Shown in pieces: positions 19,869-31,079 of a DNA stretch of 64,000 nt (positions are counted from its first letter, which is position 1; the number at the start of each line of letters is the position of its first letter). The stretch is taken from the NCBI GenBank assembly GCA_965242965.1, contig OZ251518.1, positions 5,120,001 through 5,184,000 on the forward strand, given 5' to 3'. The position numbers and the translations under genes were made by a program. This stretch comes from Candidatus Poribacteria bacterium (lineage in GTDB: Bacteria; Poribacteria; WGA-4E; WGA-3G). Under the pieces are notes generated by a model. That model searched no databases and had not been told where the DNA came from. It saw only the letters and a list, made by a program, of their open reading frames with translations.

Positions 19869-21014
19869 CTAATTCCTGAAGAGAGCCAGATACTTCTCCA
19901 GCACAAAAAGGCGGTTGCGGGAGAACCCAGTCATTTCCTTTAACACCCCAAGTTTTGTTAGGGACTTGAGAAGTTGATTCGCTGTTGCATAGTTCATTTC
20001 TAACGCACTTTCAACCAATCTAACGTTGACAATTGGCGTTGCGTACATGAAACTCAGCAATTTTTGGGCGTTTTTCGCTGGACGCGAGCCAAGGTTTAGG
20101 ATTTTCGCGTCGTATTCCTGACGGAGCGAAATAATCGCTTCGAACGTTTCAATGCCGTGCCGCGCTGTTGCAGCGATGCCGTTCAAGAAAAAAGCTATCC
20201 ACTGCTCCAAGTTGTTTGACTTGCGAACCATTGTGAGTGAATCGTAGTAGGAATCCCGATGCTTATCAAAGAAAGAAGACATATAGAGCACCGGTTTATC
20301 CAGCATCTGTGCGTCAATGAGTTGCAGAACGATCAAGAGCCTTCCACACCTACCGTTCCCGTCCAAAAACGGATGGATGGTTTCAAACTGATAATGCGTG
20401 ATAGCGATTTTGATCAGCGTCGGAATCTGTAGCGACTGGTTGTGCCAGAATTTCTCTAAGTCGCTTAAAAGTTCCGGCACCTCCGCCGCGGAGGGCGGCA
20501 CAAAAAACGCATCCGAAAGCGAGGAGCCACCAATCCAATTTTGACTCCTGCGAATCTCACCAGGGGCCCTATGCTCACCGCGAACTCCAGAGAGCAAGAT
20601 TTGATGCGCTTCCCGCAGCAGACGCATCGAAAGCGGTAACACCGGAAGTTTGTCAATCGCCGAATTCATCGCTTGGATATAGTTCTGAACCTCATGCCAA
20701 TCCTCGCGACGCTCCGGGTCGATCTCCTCGTGCGGTAGCACCGCTTCGTCAAGTTCGGTTTTTGTCCCTTCAATCCGATTAGAGTCTATCGCTTCTTTCC
20801 TCACCTGCATTTGGATGAAGAAATCGACATCCGGCACGAGGCCGGCGTAGGCATTTAACTCGCCTAAAAGCCGGCCTGCCTGTTCCAAGAGAACATCTAT
20901 CTGCGAGTTTTTCCAACTAAAATGACAGTTGATAAAAGAAGGGATGAAACTCCTATATTCTCGTTGCTGCCTATATTTGCCCGCTACGAATGTTTTCATG
21001 TCCCCATCCTCCAA
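19869..21014 (-). CDS. Fic family protein (class II, N-terminal inhibitory motif, C-terminal HTH)
   Basis: [12 protein letters not shown]; SNRIEG; C-terminal TAN.LL..L...GVL.E.TG..RNR; start may be 20999. Confidence 0.92.
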   Translation of the reverse strand: MEDGDMKTFVAGKYRQQREYRSFIPSFINCHFSWKNSQIDVLLEQAGRLLGELNAYAGLVPDVDFFIQMQVRKEAIDSNRIEGTKTELDEAVLPHEEIDPERREDWHEVQNYIQAMNSAIDKLPVLPLSMRLLREAHQILLSGVRGEHRAPGEIRRSQNWIGGSSLSDAFFVPPSAAEVPELLSDLEKFWHNQSLQIPTLIKIAITHYQFETIHPFLDGNGRCGRLLIVLQLIDAQMLDKPVLYMSSFFDKHRDSYYDSLTMVRKSNNLEQWIAFFLNGIAATARHGIETFEAIISLRQEYDAKILNLGSRPAKNAQKLLSFMYATPIVNVRLVESALEMNYATANQLLKSLTKLGVLKEMTGFSRNRLFVLEKYLALFRN

Positions 21015-21027
21015 TTTAGGACAATTT

Positions 21028-21187
21028 AGAATTCCATATTATCATTTTTCCCGATTTTTAATAATACAGAATTCCATATTATCATTTTTCCCGATTTTTA
21101 ATAATATAGAATTCCTCATTATCATTTTCGGCGATTTTTGATAACCATAAACGCTATATTATCATTTTCGGCGATTTTTGATAATCA
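21028..21187. repeat. 4 x 40 bp AT-rich tandem repeat upstream of fic
   Basis: Core ATTATCATTTT....CGATTTTT.ATAA at 40 bp period. Confidence 0.9.
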
Positions 21188-21218
21188 TAAATTGATTGGC
21201 GAACTATAAAACTCGCCT

Positions 21219-21701
21219 CTACAATTCATGAATCTTCGCCGCAAGCGTGCCCAAATCCACAATCGCGACGGTAGACTTTCCTGTCGTCCAGCCGCCTGCC
21301 TCCCCTGGATTAAGCAGAAGAGACCTCTCGTTCTGAACATCGATCTGGTGTGTGTGGCCGTAAACGACGATGTCATACACGCCGCTTTTGGCAATCGGAA
21401 TAGCGAGTTCAGGATAGTGCATCACGGCGATGCTCCTGCCGCCGACAGAAACGTTCGCTAAATTCGGGTGAACCTCGCCGACAGCTTCAAACCGCTGCGC
21501 GAGGATAACGCGCTCGCCATCGTTGTTACCGAACACACCGACGACTCGGCACTCCAAATCGGCAAGGGGTGCTATTGCAAACGGCGAAATAAAATCGCCC
21601 GCGTGGACTACCAACTCTACGCCAGCATCGTTGAAGAAGGCGACAGCGCGTTCAATCTGCGGGATGTTATCGTGACTATCGGACATTACGCCAAGTTTCA
21701 T
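21219..21701 (-). CDS. YfcE-like metallophosphoesterase
   Basis: SDSHDN, HAGD, GNND, GHTH, NPG. Confidence 0.9.
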   Translation of the reverse strand: MKLGVMSDSHDNIPQIERAVAFFNDAGVELVVHAGDFISPFAIAPLADLECRVVGVFGNNDGERVILAQRFEAVGEVHPNLANVSVGGRSIAVMHYPELAIPIAKSGVYDIVVYGHTHQIDVQNERSLLLNPGEAGGWTTGKSTVAIVDLGTLAAKIHEL

Positions 21702-24700
21702 GAGGGTTCTCCTTTTGTGTTATCGTGTCGTTGAATTCCGCGTTCATTGAGTTGTGCTAATTCTTTTTCCAAGTTGCACCGGGATTTCTTCCCACCGTGA
21801 ATGCTCGGTTCGGCAGAGAGAAGTTCCCTGAGTTTGCCTAAGGCTCGGTGGACATCGGGAGTGTGGATGTCCAGCACCTCGCGAAGCAGACGGCTGTCAA
21901 GTGTGTGACGGCCCGGGTCATCCGCAACTTCGTTAAACGGCAACATCCGTTCGTGTTTCAATTCGTGGAAAACGCGTTCGGCATTCGCTAACGCCTCATC
22001 CGAAAGACGGCGCACATCCAAGGACGGCATTCGGAGTAGGGCTCCCCTTGAACTTCTACCCCTTTTAGCCTGTTGTTTTCCACTGTGCATCCACTGGAGC
22101 ATGAGCCCAAGCGTTGAATTACCCCAGAGCGTCCAGACGTAGTCGTAATGAGAGTTTTTCAACACAACAGTCGGCAGTGAACTTATCCCAATAGCGGGTT
22201 CTTCCGTGAAGAGGACACCCAGTGAGTTTGAACTGAATCCCATACTTATGTTGAAATGGACGCGGCTGTTGAGTGCCAGTATCCGCTGTGCTTTGTCATG
22301 GCGATTGGGACGAGGAATGAGATGGCAATCGGGTTTAACCAACATGGCGCGTTGTGCAGGCGCATTCACTCGCCACAATCCGGGATAAAGGACCGGGGTG
22401 GCATAACTTTCTTCCACGTCAAACGCCCCGCGCTCCCCAGATTCATGAATATCCCTTTGATGCGCGCCGACCTCGGCAATATCGCCTACGCTGCACATAG
22501 GGATTTGTAACGGCCTCGCCTGCGTTGGTAACCACAACTCACCTGTCCCTAGGCGATACGCCGATTGGATTAACGCCATCTCCTTTATCCGAGTGGCTTC
22601 CCAGGCACCGTTCTCCTTAAGCGGACAATTGAGAACATGCCCGACAGTGCCCTCGCCGATTTTAACCAGGTCTGCGCCAATCGGGCCATCTTCCATCCGA
22701 CGCGTGCTTTTCACTCGGTGGACAGTATTTCCCACTTCGATGGCTTCTAACACGCTCCGCGGCCGATGGGTAAGCGAGACAAATGTGCCGCGCCCTGTGC
22801 ATTCCGCTTTTTCCCCTTTCGTTGCAATGACGATGCACTCCGCCATGCTTGTATCCGCCGAGAAGGCGCAGTTCTCGCCTTTCGCATCGGCGATTGTCAC
22901 CACAATCACGTCGTGGTATTCTGTCGCCCACATATCGCGGACTTTCTGCCAATGCGGTGAAACAAGGCACGTCAGCGGCAGAATGAACCCCATCTGGCTT
23001 TTCCCGTTGGGTTTTAACATCCTATCGGCAAGATCGACGAAATCGGACGCGAGCCCCGCGTTGCCGTTGCCGACGCGAAAATTTTTCCTTCTCCGCGCCG
23101 CCCGCATCTCTTGTTCTTCCTCCTTGTCCCTTCCACTCCCCTTGAAAACCGCTTTGGGCGCACCGCTACTCGCATCAGAATCCGGACGCGTAAACGGCGG
23201 ATTCTCCACGACAATATCAAAGTCTTCGTGCCTGAATTGATGCTGCGCCGTTACCGTCATGTCGTCTGCACCCCCAATCCGCTGCGCGGCTATCTCCAAG
23301 CCCATCAGGGGCAGCGGGAGGGTTTTTTCCGGCGTGTCAAGCAGCTCAAGCGAACCGAGGGCATAACTGCCATCGTCTTGTTTACCGTAAGGCAATGTGA
23401 AGATACAGGTATCCCCTATCTTGATATCCGGGGCGATGCTCGTCAGCAGTGCCGCGGTAAGATGACTGGCGTTCGGCATCACATCGCATCCGACGATGTT
23501 CTGCTCTATCATCGCCTTGTGGATGAGGTGCCCTTTACCACCTGCTTGTTCGTGCAGTTCAAGCATCCGTTGGTAGGCACCGTAGAGGAGCGAACCGGTG
23601 CCGCATGAGAAATCGGCTACCCGCAACGCGCGCACATTCGTCTGCCTTCTGGGGAGCACTAACGCCGAGAGCAAAGCAACCGATTCCAGCCGCGTATAGT
23701 TCGCTTTGATATACTTTCTGTCGACAATCAGGCGTTGGAAAACTGTCCCCGCGAGCTCATGCATCTGCGTCAGCCGCTCATCTACCAATGCTATCGCCGC
23801 ACGACATAGCAGCGCGAGCACGCTATCCACGCGTGCGTCGTCCGTGGCAATCGCCTCGATGAGCCGTTTGGCGACAGAGAAAATCGGACGGTAATTCACG
23901 TCCAGAATCACATCCCACCCCGTGAGAACCTGTTTGTAGGGCAGCCGTTCCGCATCGTCGGAGAGCAGCCGTTTCAGGGACAAGACACCTTTCACTTTCC
24001 CGGCGAGCGTGCTTTGAAACACAAGCGCGTTCGTGACGATGAGCATCGCCATCCGAGAGGTTTGCACACCCGACTTCTGGAAGAGAATCGCCTCAATTTC
24101 TGTTCCGATGTCAGGACGTTCCTGAATTGCAGCCTCCAATTGCTGCGCCGCAAACTCTATCCGTTGTTGCAACAAATCAGCAGCGGCATCAATTTGGGCG
24201 ATAGGTGTCGCGCGAACGCGAAGTACGGTTGCGATGTCGGCAACACTCCCTTGCAGCCATCCGTTTTCAGGGAAGCAGTCGGGTGACGCTAGGTTATTAA
24301 ATGTATGTGAAGGGGGGGGGGTAATTCTCCTTCTTTCAGCATCTGTTCAGGTGCCGCTTCATTGATGAACAAAGCCTGTTCGGATGCCGACGTGCCTACT
24401 GGTTTCGGCTGGCTGAGGAGCAGATAAGCGATGTCTTCCGCCTCGCGCATTTCGGATTCAATGGTGTCCTGCGGCATCGTTTTGAATCGGGCCGGCATCC
24501 GGATGCGCATCACATGCGAAACGGTATTGTAAGTGAGATAGGGAACAACGTTGGCATCGAGAAGCCTCCCGAAATGTGCTTCTGCTTGTGTCCTGCCTGA
24601 AAGATTCGGCGTATCGCCATCGATTTTCACCTCAATGACGATAGGATTCCGTCCGACTTCGGTGACGATGACATCAGGCTTTTTGGTAGCGTTGAGGAAC

Positions 24701-24804
24701 GGCTTGGTAATCTGTTCGTTCACGCTCCATGCCTGCCGCATCGGACGAAGCACGTTGACGAATGCGGTAGTGATAGTATTTTCGCTGTTTGACATCATTT
24801 CCAT
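21698..24804 (-). pseudogene. Type IIG restriction-modification enzyme, frameshifted at a G10 tract (ORFs 24289..24804 + 21698..24175)
   Basis: PDVIV...IEVK nuclease motif in the 5' ORF; DFSCGTG and ENPPF MTase motifs in the 3' ORF; downstream frame open back to the tract at 24312-24321. Confidence 0.8.
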
Positions 24805-24818
24805 CCCGTGGGAACGTT

Positions 24819-25691
24819 TTAGCCTGAAACGTCTGAATCAGCCAATTTCCCAAAGAGTTTCACATCGGGTTGCCCGCGATAGAGGACAACAAAATAGCGC
24901 AACTTCAACATCTCATCAGAAGCAAGATGGAGCGGCTCATAGTAGACAAGCGACGGATGGATGAGGCAATATTTCTCCCGATTGCGCACCCACCACGTCG
25001 TCGGATAGCGCGGATTCTTAACGTTATCGACGATAGCGGCACCGTAAATCTGGCCATCAGCGGGATGCCGCGACGTGAAACTGCACCATTGACTCTGCTG
25101 GCCAAAGATGTCCATCGGTTCCGTGCGGCCATCTGCATCCAACAGACTGCCCGGCGTGAGGACATTATCAAATCGGATAGCCAGCCCGCTGTAAAACCGG
25201 CCGTCTGCACCCGGCTCGCCGCGCCGCAAATCTAAAACCACCTCGCGTTCATTTGGCAGAAACTCAAGTTCCACGAGAATCTTCAGCGTGTCAGGCGTTG
25301 TCGGTTCGCCGAGGGTTATCTGCCGGCGTTCCGTGAGATGCGTTACGCCTCGCCAATCGAGCCATGCGTTTTCAGCGATGATTCGCGCCAGCCTGGTTCC
25401 CGCGGTGCGTTCAACGATGCGCTGAGGGACGATTTTCCCGAAACCAGTGGCATCCTCGCCAGGGGCAGGCTGCTCCCAAAAATTAACTCCGTTAACCTTC
25501 TTCCACGCCACCCACATTCCCTGATGATGCACGTGATCTCCCGGTTCATTCATTGTTAACGGCGGCCCACCGGGCAGGCGCAGCGGATGACAATAAGGAC
25601 GGTTACCATCCTCAGGAAAATGGTAACCTAAAACCTCTTGGCCGTCCCAATTGACAGTTAAACTGTCTTGGGTTTCAGATATTGAAAACAT
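24819..25691 (-). CDS. DUF6807/'PmoA family' beta-sandwich protein
   Basis: RPYCHPL, PGDHVHHQGMW, VNFW, YSGL.IR, NPRYPT.W. Confidence 0.75.
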   Translation of the reverse strand: MFSISETQDSLTVNWDGQEVLGYHFPEDGNRPYCHPLRLPGGPPLTMNEPGDHVHHQGMWVAWKKVNGVNFWEQPAPGEDATGFGKIVPQRIVERTAGTRLARIIAENAWLDWRGVTHLTERRQITLGEPTTPDTLKILVELEFLPNEREVVLDLRRGEPGADGRFYSGLAIRFDNVLTPGSLLDADGRTEPMDIFGQQSQWCSFTSRHPADGQIYGAAIVDNVKNPRYPTTWWVRNREKYCLIHPSLVYYEPLHLASDEMLKLRYFVVLYRGQPDVKLFGKLADSDVSG

Positions 25692-25717
25692 AGTCTTCTC
25701 CGTTGCGGGTTTCAGCC

Positions 25718-26542
25718 TTAGTTGAGGTAAAGATTCACAACCTCGCGCTCTAGCGACAAACCTTCCCATTCGTCATCCCCGGGTCCGTCGTAGATGAGGG
25801 TGTGCGGACCGGAAAAACCTGCGTCACGGGTAAGCTCCAAGCATTGGACATAATCGTCCCGCTCCATTTCGCGAGGTGCAGTGAAACGCGCTTTCGTATG
25901 GCAAGACTCTGCCAAAGAGGCAATTGCACCCAGGTCATCGTATTTCGTATCGCCGTGCCAGTTGCCGAAGTCAAGGCAGAGTCCGACTTTGCCATCTAAT
26001 CGGCTTAAAATAGTATTGACATTCTCAGGCGTGGAGAAGATAGAGAACCAGTTCTCGCTCATCAAGCGGATGCCCGCTGTTTCCGCGCGTTCAGCGAGTT
26101 TGGCGAGGACATTACGACTCTGCGCGAGGGTGGCTTCAGATGGTTCTGCTTTCCCGCCGATGACGCGCGCACACGTCGCGCCGAGCTCTCCCGCAATATC
26201 AATCCACGTCTCAATCCAAGCGATATCGCGTTCTGCTTCAGACGGATGCGTGATGTCGCCATCGTCAATCAACAGAGAAAAGAGTTCAACATCGGCATCC
26301 GCAATGGCTGCGCGGAGTTCCGATAGGTATGCCTTCTCCACAGAAGGCAAGTGGAAATGGCAGAGCTCCAGGGTATGAATACCAAATTCGGCAATGCGTC
26401 CCGGCAATTCTAGCAGGGAAATGGGGCCGTTGTGATGCGTTTCAACGGGAATGTGCATCCCATCCGCGGGACCGGTAAAGCCCGGTTTCCCGAGTTGCCG
26501 ATGCAAACTCCACGTTGAAACCGAAAGACGAGGGGTTGACAT
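25718..26542 (-). CDS. Xylose isomerase-like TIM barrel protein
   Basis: VSTWSL, ENW, LDFGNW, HTK; start ATG 26542 with GGAGG RBS. Confidence 0.85.
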   Translation of the reverse strand: MSTPRLSVSTWSLHRQLGKPGFTGPADGMHIPVETHHNGPISLLELPGRIAEFGIHTLELCHFHLPSVEKAYLSELRAAIADADVELFSLLIDDGDITHPSEAERDIAWIETWIDIAGELGATCARVIGGKAEPSEATLAQSRNVLAKLAERAETAGIRLMSENWFSIFSTPENVNTILSRLDGKVGLCLDFGNWHGDTKYDDLGAIASLAESCHTKARFTAPREMERDDYVQCLELTRDAGFSGPHTLIYDGPGDDEWEGLSLEREVVNLYLN

Positions 26543-26655
26543 AGTTGTTATCCTCCAAATAGTCCGATGCAATTCGGAAAGTTACGACGGTAATAGCGGG
26601 CCGCGCGGTTTTCTTCTCACCAAGCCGAAAGGCAACCGCGTGTGCCTTTATAGGT

Positions 26656-26775
26656 CTACTTTTTGTTCGCGTTCCAGATGGCTGTTCCTATGACGTAACA
26701 CAGCGTCGCGATGAACGCTACCAACAAACCGAGGATTACCCATTCTCTCCAGTCCATCACAAACCAGTCCATCAT
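26656..26775 (-). CDS. 39-aa single-pass membrane protein (below the ORF-track cutoff)
   Basis: GGAGG RBS; MMDWFVMDWREWVILGLLVAFIATLCYVIGTAIWNANKK*. Confidence 0.6.
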   Translation of the reverse strand: MMDWFVMDWREWVILGLLVAFIATLCYVIGTAIWNANKK

Positions 26776-26792
26776 AATTCCTCCAATTCATT

Positions 26793-27327
26793 GAGGGTGT
26801 TTCATATCACGATGGCTTCCCGGTAGGCGAGCCCTCCCGGTCTCGATGCCTCAAACGTCCGTAGTTCGTAGCGCGGGGGCCTGTCCCCCGGTGCATCAAA
26901 AACTGCTGCTTATGACGTAGCGCGGGGGCCCTCGGATGCCATACGCGCATCCGAGCGGGTTTCCCCCGCGAGTTTAATAGTCTGAAGCAGGATTTCCAAG
27001 ATTTTCAAGATTTTCAAGATTAGGAACCTCTTGGCGAGGCAAATCATCTTTCTACCGTAGGGAGGCCCCCCTCGGATGCCATACGCGCATCCGAGCGGGT
27101 TTCCCCCGCGAGCTGCCGACCTCCGCGAAAAACGCCCGCAGCCCACCACGGATGGTTGCTACTCAGACCTGGGCATGGCGAGGGACAGGCCCTCGCCCTA
27201 CGGTGACCGGGAACGATTGCACGGCGAGGGACAGGCCCTCGCCCTACGGTGACCGGGAACGATTTCTTAGTTGTTACCGTAGCAGGGGTCTGTCACCGCG
27301 ACGTTGAACGAATTATGAAACACCCTC
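26793..27327. mobile_element. MITE (14 bp TIR GAGGGTGTTTCATA) filled with REP units
   Basis: TIRs 26793-26806 and 27314-27327; AATTCATT duplicated at 26785 and 27328. Confidence 0.85.
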
Positions 27328-27402
27328 AATTCATTTGTAGTTCGGGGAGTCAAACCGCATGAGACGATAACGAATCCCCGAACACAGCCAGTTGTCTGAG
27401 AA

Positions 27403-28158
27403 CTACTCCACTTCGTTCAGGTGCCGGTCCAACCACTTCACGACATCTGCTGTCATGTGTAGAAGCGATTGATCTGAAAAAACGTGATCGGCGTTCATGA
27501 GTTGAACGAGCTCTACCCCTTCATTAGCGTGACGCAGGATGTCACGACTATCCTGAACCGGAACGACATCGTCTTCAAAACCGTGAACTAATAGCCACGG
27601 CACGGTAATGTCACTCGCGTGTGGGACAACGCTGTCAATCTCCGCCAAGTCACTCATATAGGCTTGGGAGAGCGGACAGTCAGGTTCGTCCCACATAAAG
27701 CCTTCGTCCGGTGTGACTTCGCCGAACTCGCGTTGCGCGAACGCTTGCGTATGCACCATCCCCGCTAACGAGACAAGGAATCGGATGCGTTCATCGGCGG
27801 CGGCGCGCAGCACACCGACAGCACCACCCATGCTATGCCCAATATAAGCGACGGTATACCCATCGAGCATGTCAAGCACGCTACCCAGGTCTGCTACCTC
27901 TTTAGTGATAGTGGAATCGGTGAATTCGCCTTCTGATTCTCCGTTACCAGAGAAGGAGAAGCGCAGCACAGAGATGCCTGCCTCGGCAAGATTCTCCGCT
28001 AAATGAACGAGGAAAGGTCTGTCTTTATTTCCGGTAACGCCGTGCCCGATGACGACGATTTGGTTGGTATCGTTTGCGTTACCCGTGTAACCCAAGTCGC
28101 CTTCGTGAAAGGAATAGTCAAGGCGCTCGCCGTGTTCGTTTCTAATTTCGCCAAACAT
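27403..28158 (-). CDS. Alpha/beta hydrolase
   Basis: HG, GNGESEG, GHSMG, HG..D..V, ADH. Confidence 0.9.
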   Translation of the reverse strand: MFGEIRNEHGERLDYSFHEGDLGYTGNANDTNQIVVIGHGVTGNKDRPFLVHLAENLAEAGISVLRFSFSGNGESEGEFTDSTITKEVADLGSVLDMLDGYTVAYIGHSMGGAVGVLRAAADERIRFLVSLAGMVHTQAFAQREFGEVTPDEGFMWDEPDCPLSQAYMSDLAEIDSVVPHASDITVPWLLVHGFEDDVVPVQDSRDILRHANEGVELVQLMNADHVFSDQSLLHMTADVVKWLDRHLNEVE

Positions 28159-28228
28159 ATTTGTTGTATTCCAAATGAGAAAGATGGGACAGCACCAGTG
28201 CCGTCCCATCCATCGATTGCGCGCAAAA

Positions 28229-30526
28229 CTAATGTCCGTTGCTTTGCAGCGCAGTCACAACCTTTTCCGGTTTGATCGGCAGTTCGTTAACCCGAATACC
28301 GACAGCATCGCGGACAGCGTTCGCCATTGTCGCCAAAGTCGGCGTAATCGGCGGCTCCCCGACACCCTTGGCCCCGTAAGGACCATTCGGCGCGGGCACT
28401 TCAACGATGACTGACTCCACCGTCGGCAAATCGGCGGAGGTGGGAACGCGGTAATCGACAAAGCCGGGGTTGACGTTGCCGTTCTCGTTATACTGCATCT
28501 CCTCCATCATTGCCCAAGCATAGCCTTGCACCACGCCGCCCTCAATCTGCCCCTCAACCGTCATCGGATTAATCGCGAATCCGACATCTTGAGAAGCAAC
28601 AAGTTTGAGAACTCGCGTGCGGCCAGTTTCCGCATCTACCTCAACTTTCGCAATCTGTGCAGCGAGTGCCGGGGTGCTCGGCTGACGCGCAAAGGAGCCT
28701 TTCCCTACAACCGGACCGCCGGTGGTGGACAGACTATACGCTGCCAACTCGCCTAACGAAATAGACTTCGGCGGTTCGGCGGTGATAACATGCACAGCCC
28801 CTTCGCGGAGTTCTAAGTTATCCACGTTGGTATTGAGCCGTTCGGACGCGAGTTCCAAGATGCGTCGATGCGTATCTTCCGCCGCCAATTTCGCAGTGTT
28901 GCCCATCGTGAACGTCACGACGCTGCCCCCGGAACCCGTGGAATACGGCGCGGAATCGGTGTCGCCGCGCGTAATCGTCACGCTTTCGTAAGGCACCGTC
29001 AAGATTTCGGCGATAATCTGCGATATCGAGGTATCTGTCCCCGTGATGTCCATAGAACCGTGGAAAACTCGAACGCTTCCATCTTCATGGACAGAGACAT
29101 AAACACCGCCGGGTCCGCAGCCGTTTGTCCAATCGCCGACAGCCACGCCCCAGCCTTGGTTTTCGTCCTTCTCACGTTCCCACCAGCCTGCAGCATCGGC
29201 GACAGCCTCCAAAGTCTCCTTGTAACCCACTTTTGGTTCCTTGCCGCCAGCGGGGACTTCGTCGCCTTCTTCACGCATGTTCTTCAGCCGAAATTCAACT
29301 GTATCCATGCCGATGCGGCGCGCAATCTCGTCAAGCTGAGATTCGCCGGCAAAGATGGCTTGCGGCGCACCCGGTGCCCGATAGGCAGCCGTCCCAGATT
29401 TGTTCGTGTGAACACCGTAAGCATCTATCTTGAGGTTCGGAATCTTATAGACACCGCGCACCCGAATCGTGCTACCGATAGAGGCACCAGAGACAGAACC
29501 TGAATCCCAGAAAGCGAGTGCTTGGCGCGCGAGGATGCGGCCGTCGTTCGTCGCACCCGTTTTCAACTTGATAACGCAACCGGGTGCGGGCCTGCCATCA
29601 AGAAATTCCTCTTCGCGCGTCATCTGCACACGCACCGGACGGCCCGTCTTCTGCGAGAGCAACACGGCGGGAACGTGTGTAATAATCACACCAAAACGCC
29701 CCCCGAAACCGCCGCCCATCGTCGTGCCGATAACGTTCACCTGTGTGAGCGGAATGCCGAGGGTGCCCGCAATACCGGAACGGATAGCGAACGGTCCTTG
29801 CGTAGATGCCCACACCGTCACCTTGCCAGATGAATCCGCACTCGCGACAGAGACGTGCGGCTCCATGTAGGTTTGATGAACGCGGGGGACAACGTAGGTA
29901 TCCTCAACGACGACATCCGAGTCGGCAAACCCCTGTTCCACATCGCCTGCTTCGCTATGGCTTTCGGCAGAAATGTTGTAGTAAACTTCATCAGGATACT
30001 TCTCTAATTCTGCTTCCAGCGCGCGAATCTCGTCACCGTGGTCTGCCTCTTCGTCGCGCGAAAGTTTCCGAATTTGTGCAGCGATGCCGCGCCGGTTCGG
30101 GCCATCCTTCGTCGCGTCACCGTGCAAACGGGGTGCTGACGGTTTAATGGACTCCATGACATCCTGCACAACCGGCAGGACTTCGTATTCAATGTGAATG
30201 AGTTCAGCGGCCTCCTCGGCGATATCCGCATCCGTCGCGGCGACGGCGGCGAGGGGTTCACCGAGGTAAAGCACCTTATCCGTAGCGAAAACGCGACGGC
30301 CGCTTGGCACGTCTGCCTGCGTGATAATCGCCCGGACCCCGGGAAGTTTCTCCGCCTCGCTGGTATCAATACTCAGAATGTTGGCATGGGCATGCTTGCT
30401 ACGGACGATTTTGCCGTAGAGCATTCCCGCGGGGTGGACATCCGCGCCGTATTGCGCGGTACCTGTCACCTTTTCAATGGCATCGACCCGAGGCACTTTT
30501 TGGCCGACAACAGTATAATCTGACAT
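28229..30526 (-). CDS. Xanthine dehydrogenase-family molybdopterin-binding subunit
   Basis: RVDA.EKVTG, MEPH, GGGFGGR, AYRAPG, GQIEGG, KGVGE. Confidence 0.93.
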   Translation of the reverse strand: MSDYTVVGQKVPRVDAIEKVTGTAQYGADVHPAGMLYGKIVRSKHAHANILSIDTSEAEKLPGVRAIITQADVPSGRRVFATDKVLYLGEPLAAVAATDADIAEEAAELIHIEYEVLPVVQDVMESIKPSAPRLHGDATKDGPNRRGIAAQIRKLSRDEEADHGDEIRALEAELEKYPDEVYYNISAESHSEAGDVEQGFADSDVVVEDTYVVPRVHQTYMEPHVSVASADSSGKVTVWASTQGPFAIRSGIAGTLGIPLTQVNVIGTTMGGGFGGRFGVIITHVPAVLLSQKTGRPVRVQMTREEEFLDGRPAPGCVIKLKTGATNDGRILARQALAFWDSGSVSGASIGSTIRVRGVYKIPNLKIDAYGVHTNKSGTAAYRAPGAPQAIFAGESQLDEIARRIGMDTVEFRLKNMREEGDEVPAGGKEPKVGYKETLEAVADAAGWWEREKDENQGWGVAVGDWTNGCGPGGVYVSVHEDGSVRVFHGSMDITGTDTSISQIIAEILTVPYESVTITRGDTDSAPYSTGSGGSVVTFTMGNTAKLAAEDTHRRILELASERLNTNVDNLELREGAVHVITAEPPKSISLGELAAYSLSTTGGPVVGKGSFARQPSTPALAAQIAKVEVDAETGRTRVLKLVASQDVGFAINPMTVEGQIEGGVVQGYAWAMMEEMQYNENGNVNPGFVDYRVPTSADLPTVESVIVEVPAPNGPYGAKGVGEPPITPTLATMANAVRDAVGIRVNELPIKPEKVVTALQSNGH

Positions 30527-30770
30527 GCATTTCTCCTATCAATTGCAATCTGAATGAAGTTTCAGGATTAAAACGGATAACGTGCCGCCACCGAAGGCTC
30601 AGTAGGAGCCCCCCGGTCTCAATGCAAGTGTAAGCAGGACAAGGATGTCCTTCCTACTGCAATTACCCGTTTATTTCTTTAGCACTTCATGCAGACTGCG
30701 GGAAGTGAACTGTAGGAGACAACTCTGCTCCCAATGCGTGCAGGAAGTCGCTCCTACCTTCCACAAAACA

Positions 30771-31001
30771 TTAAGTGCTTGCAACGAGTTGGTGGAGTTT
30801 ACCGCGCCCGATAGCAGTGTTGCATCGCTTGCAGACGTTCACGGTATCCTCACCGACTTCTCGGCTATAAAGCACTTTCACGCCGGTGCGCCCACAGACA
30901 GGGCAAGTGCCGCGGCCGTTATTATAGGTGCCGGGATGGGTGTTGCCCTTTGGATCGACGTAGAGGTGCTTTATGCCTTTTCCACGATGTGTTTTCGCCA
31001 T
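30771..31001 (-). CDS. Small basic putative Zn-ribbon protein
   Basis: 76 aa; GAGGAGG RBS; CPVC...CKRC. Confidence 0.75.
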   Translation of the reverse strand: MAKTHRGKGIKHLYVDPKGNTHPGTYNNGRGTCPVCGRTGVKVLYSREVGEDTVNVCKRCNTAIGRGKLHQLVAST

Positions 31002-31079
31002 TCTTCCTCCTCTTTTATGAGAGTCATTCGTAACTCAACTTGGTATAACATGGCGAGGGACAGGCCCCCGCCCTACGAA

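Noticed and set aside
21028-21187. Possible CRISPR array
   Set aside because: Head-to-tail tandem units without unique spacers.
24819-25691. Particulate methane monooxygenase subunit
   Set aside because: Soluble protein without TM helices; the 'PmoA family' label is nominal and no pmoB/pmoC is nearby.
30771-31001. Ribosomal protein L28
   Set aside because: Cys spacing and sequence lack the L28 pattern (C..TGK...GN..SH...T.R.F.PN).
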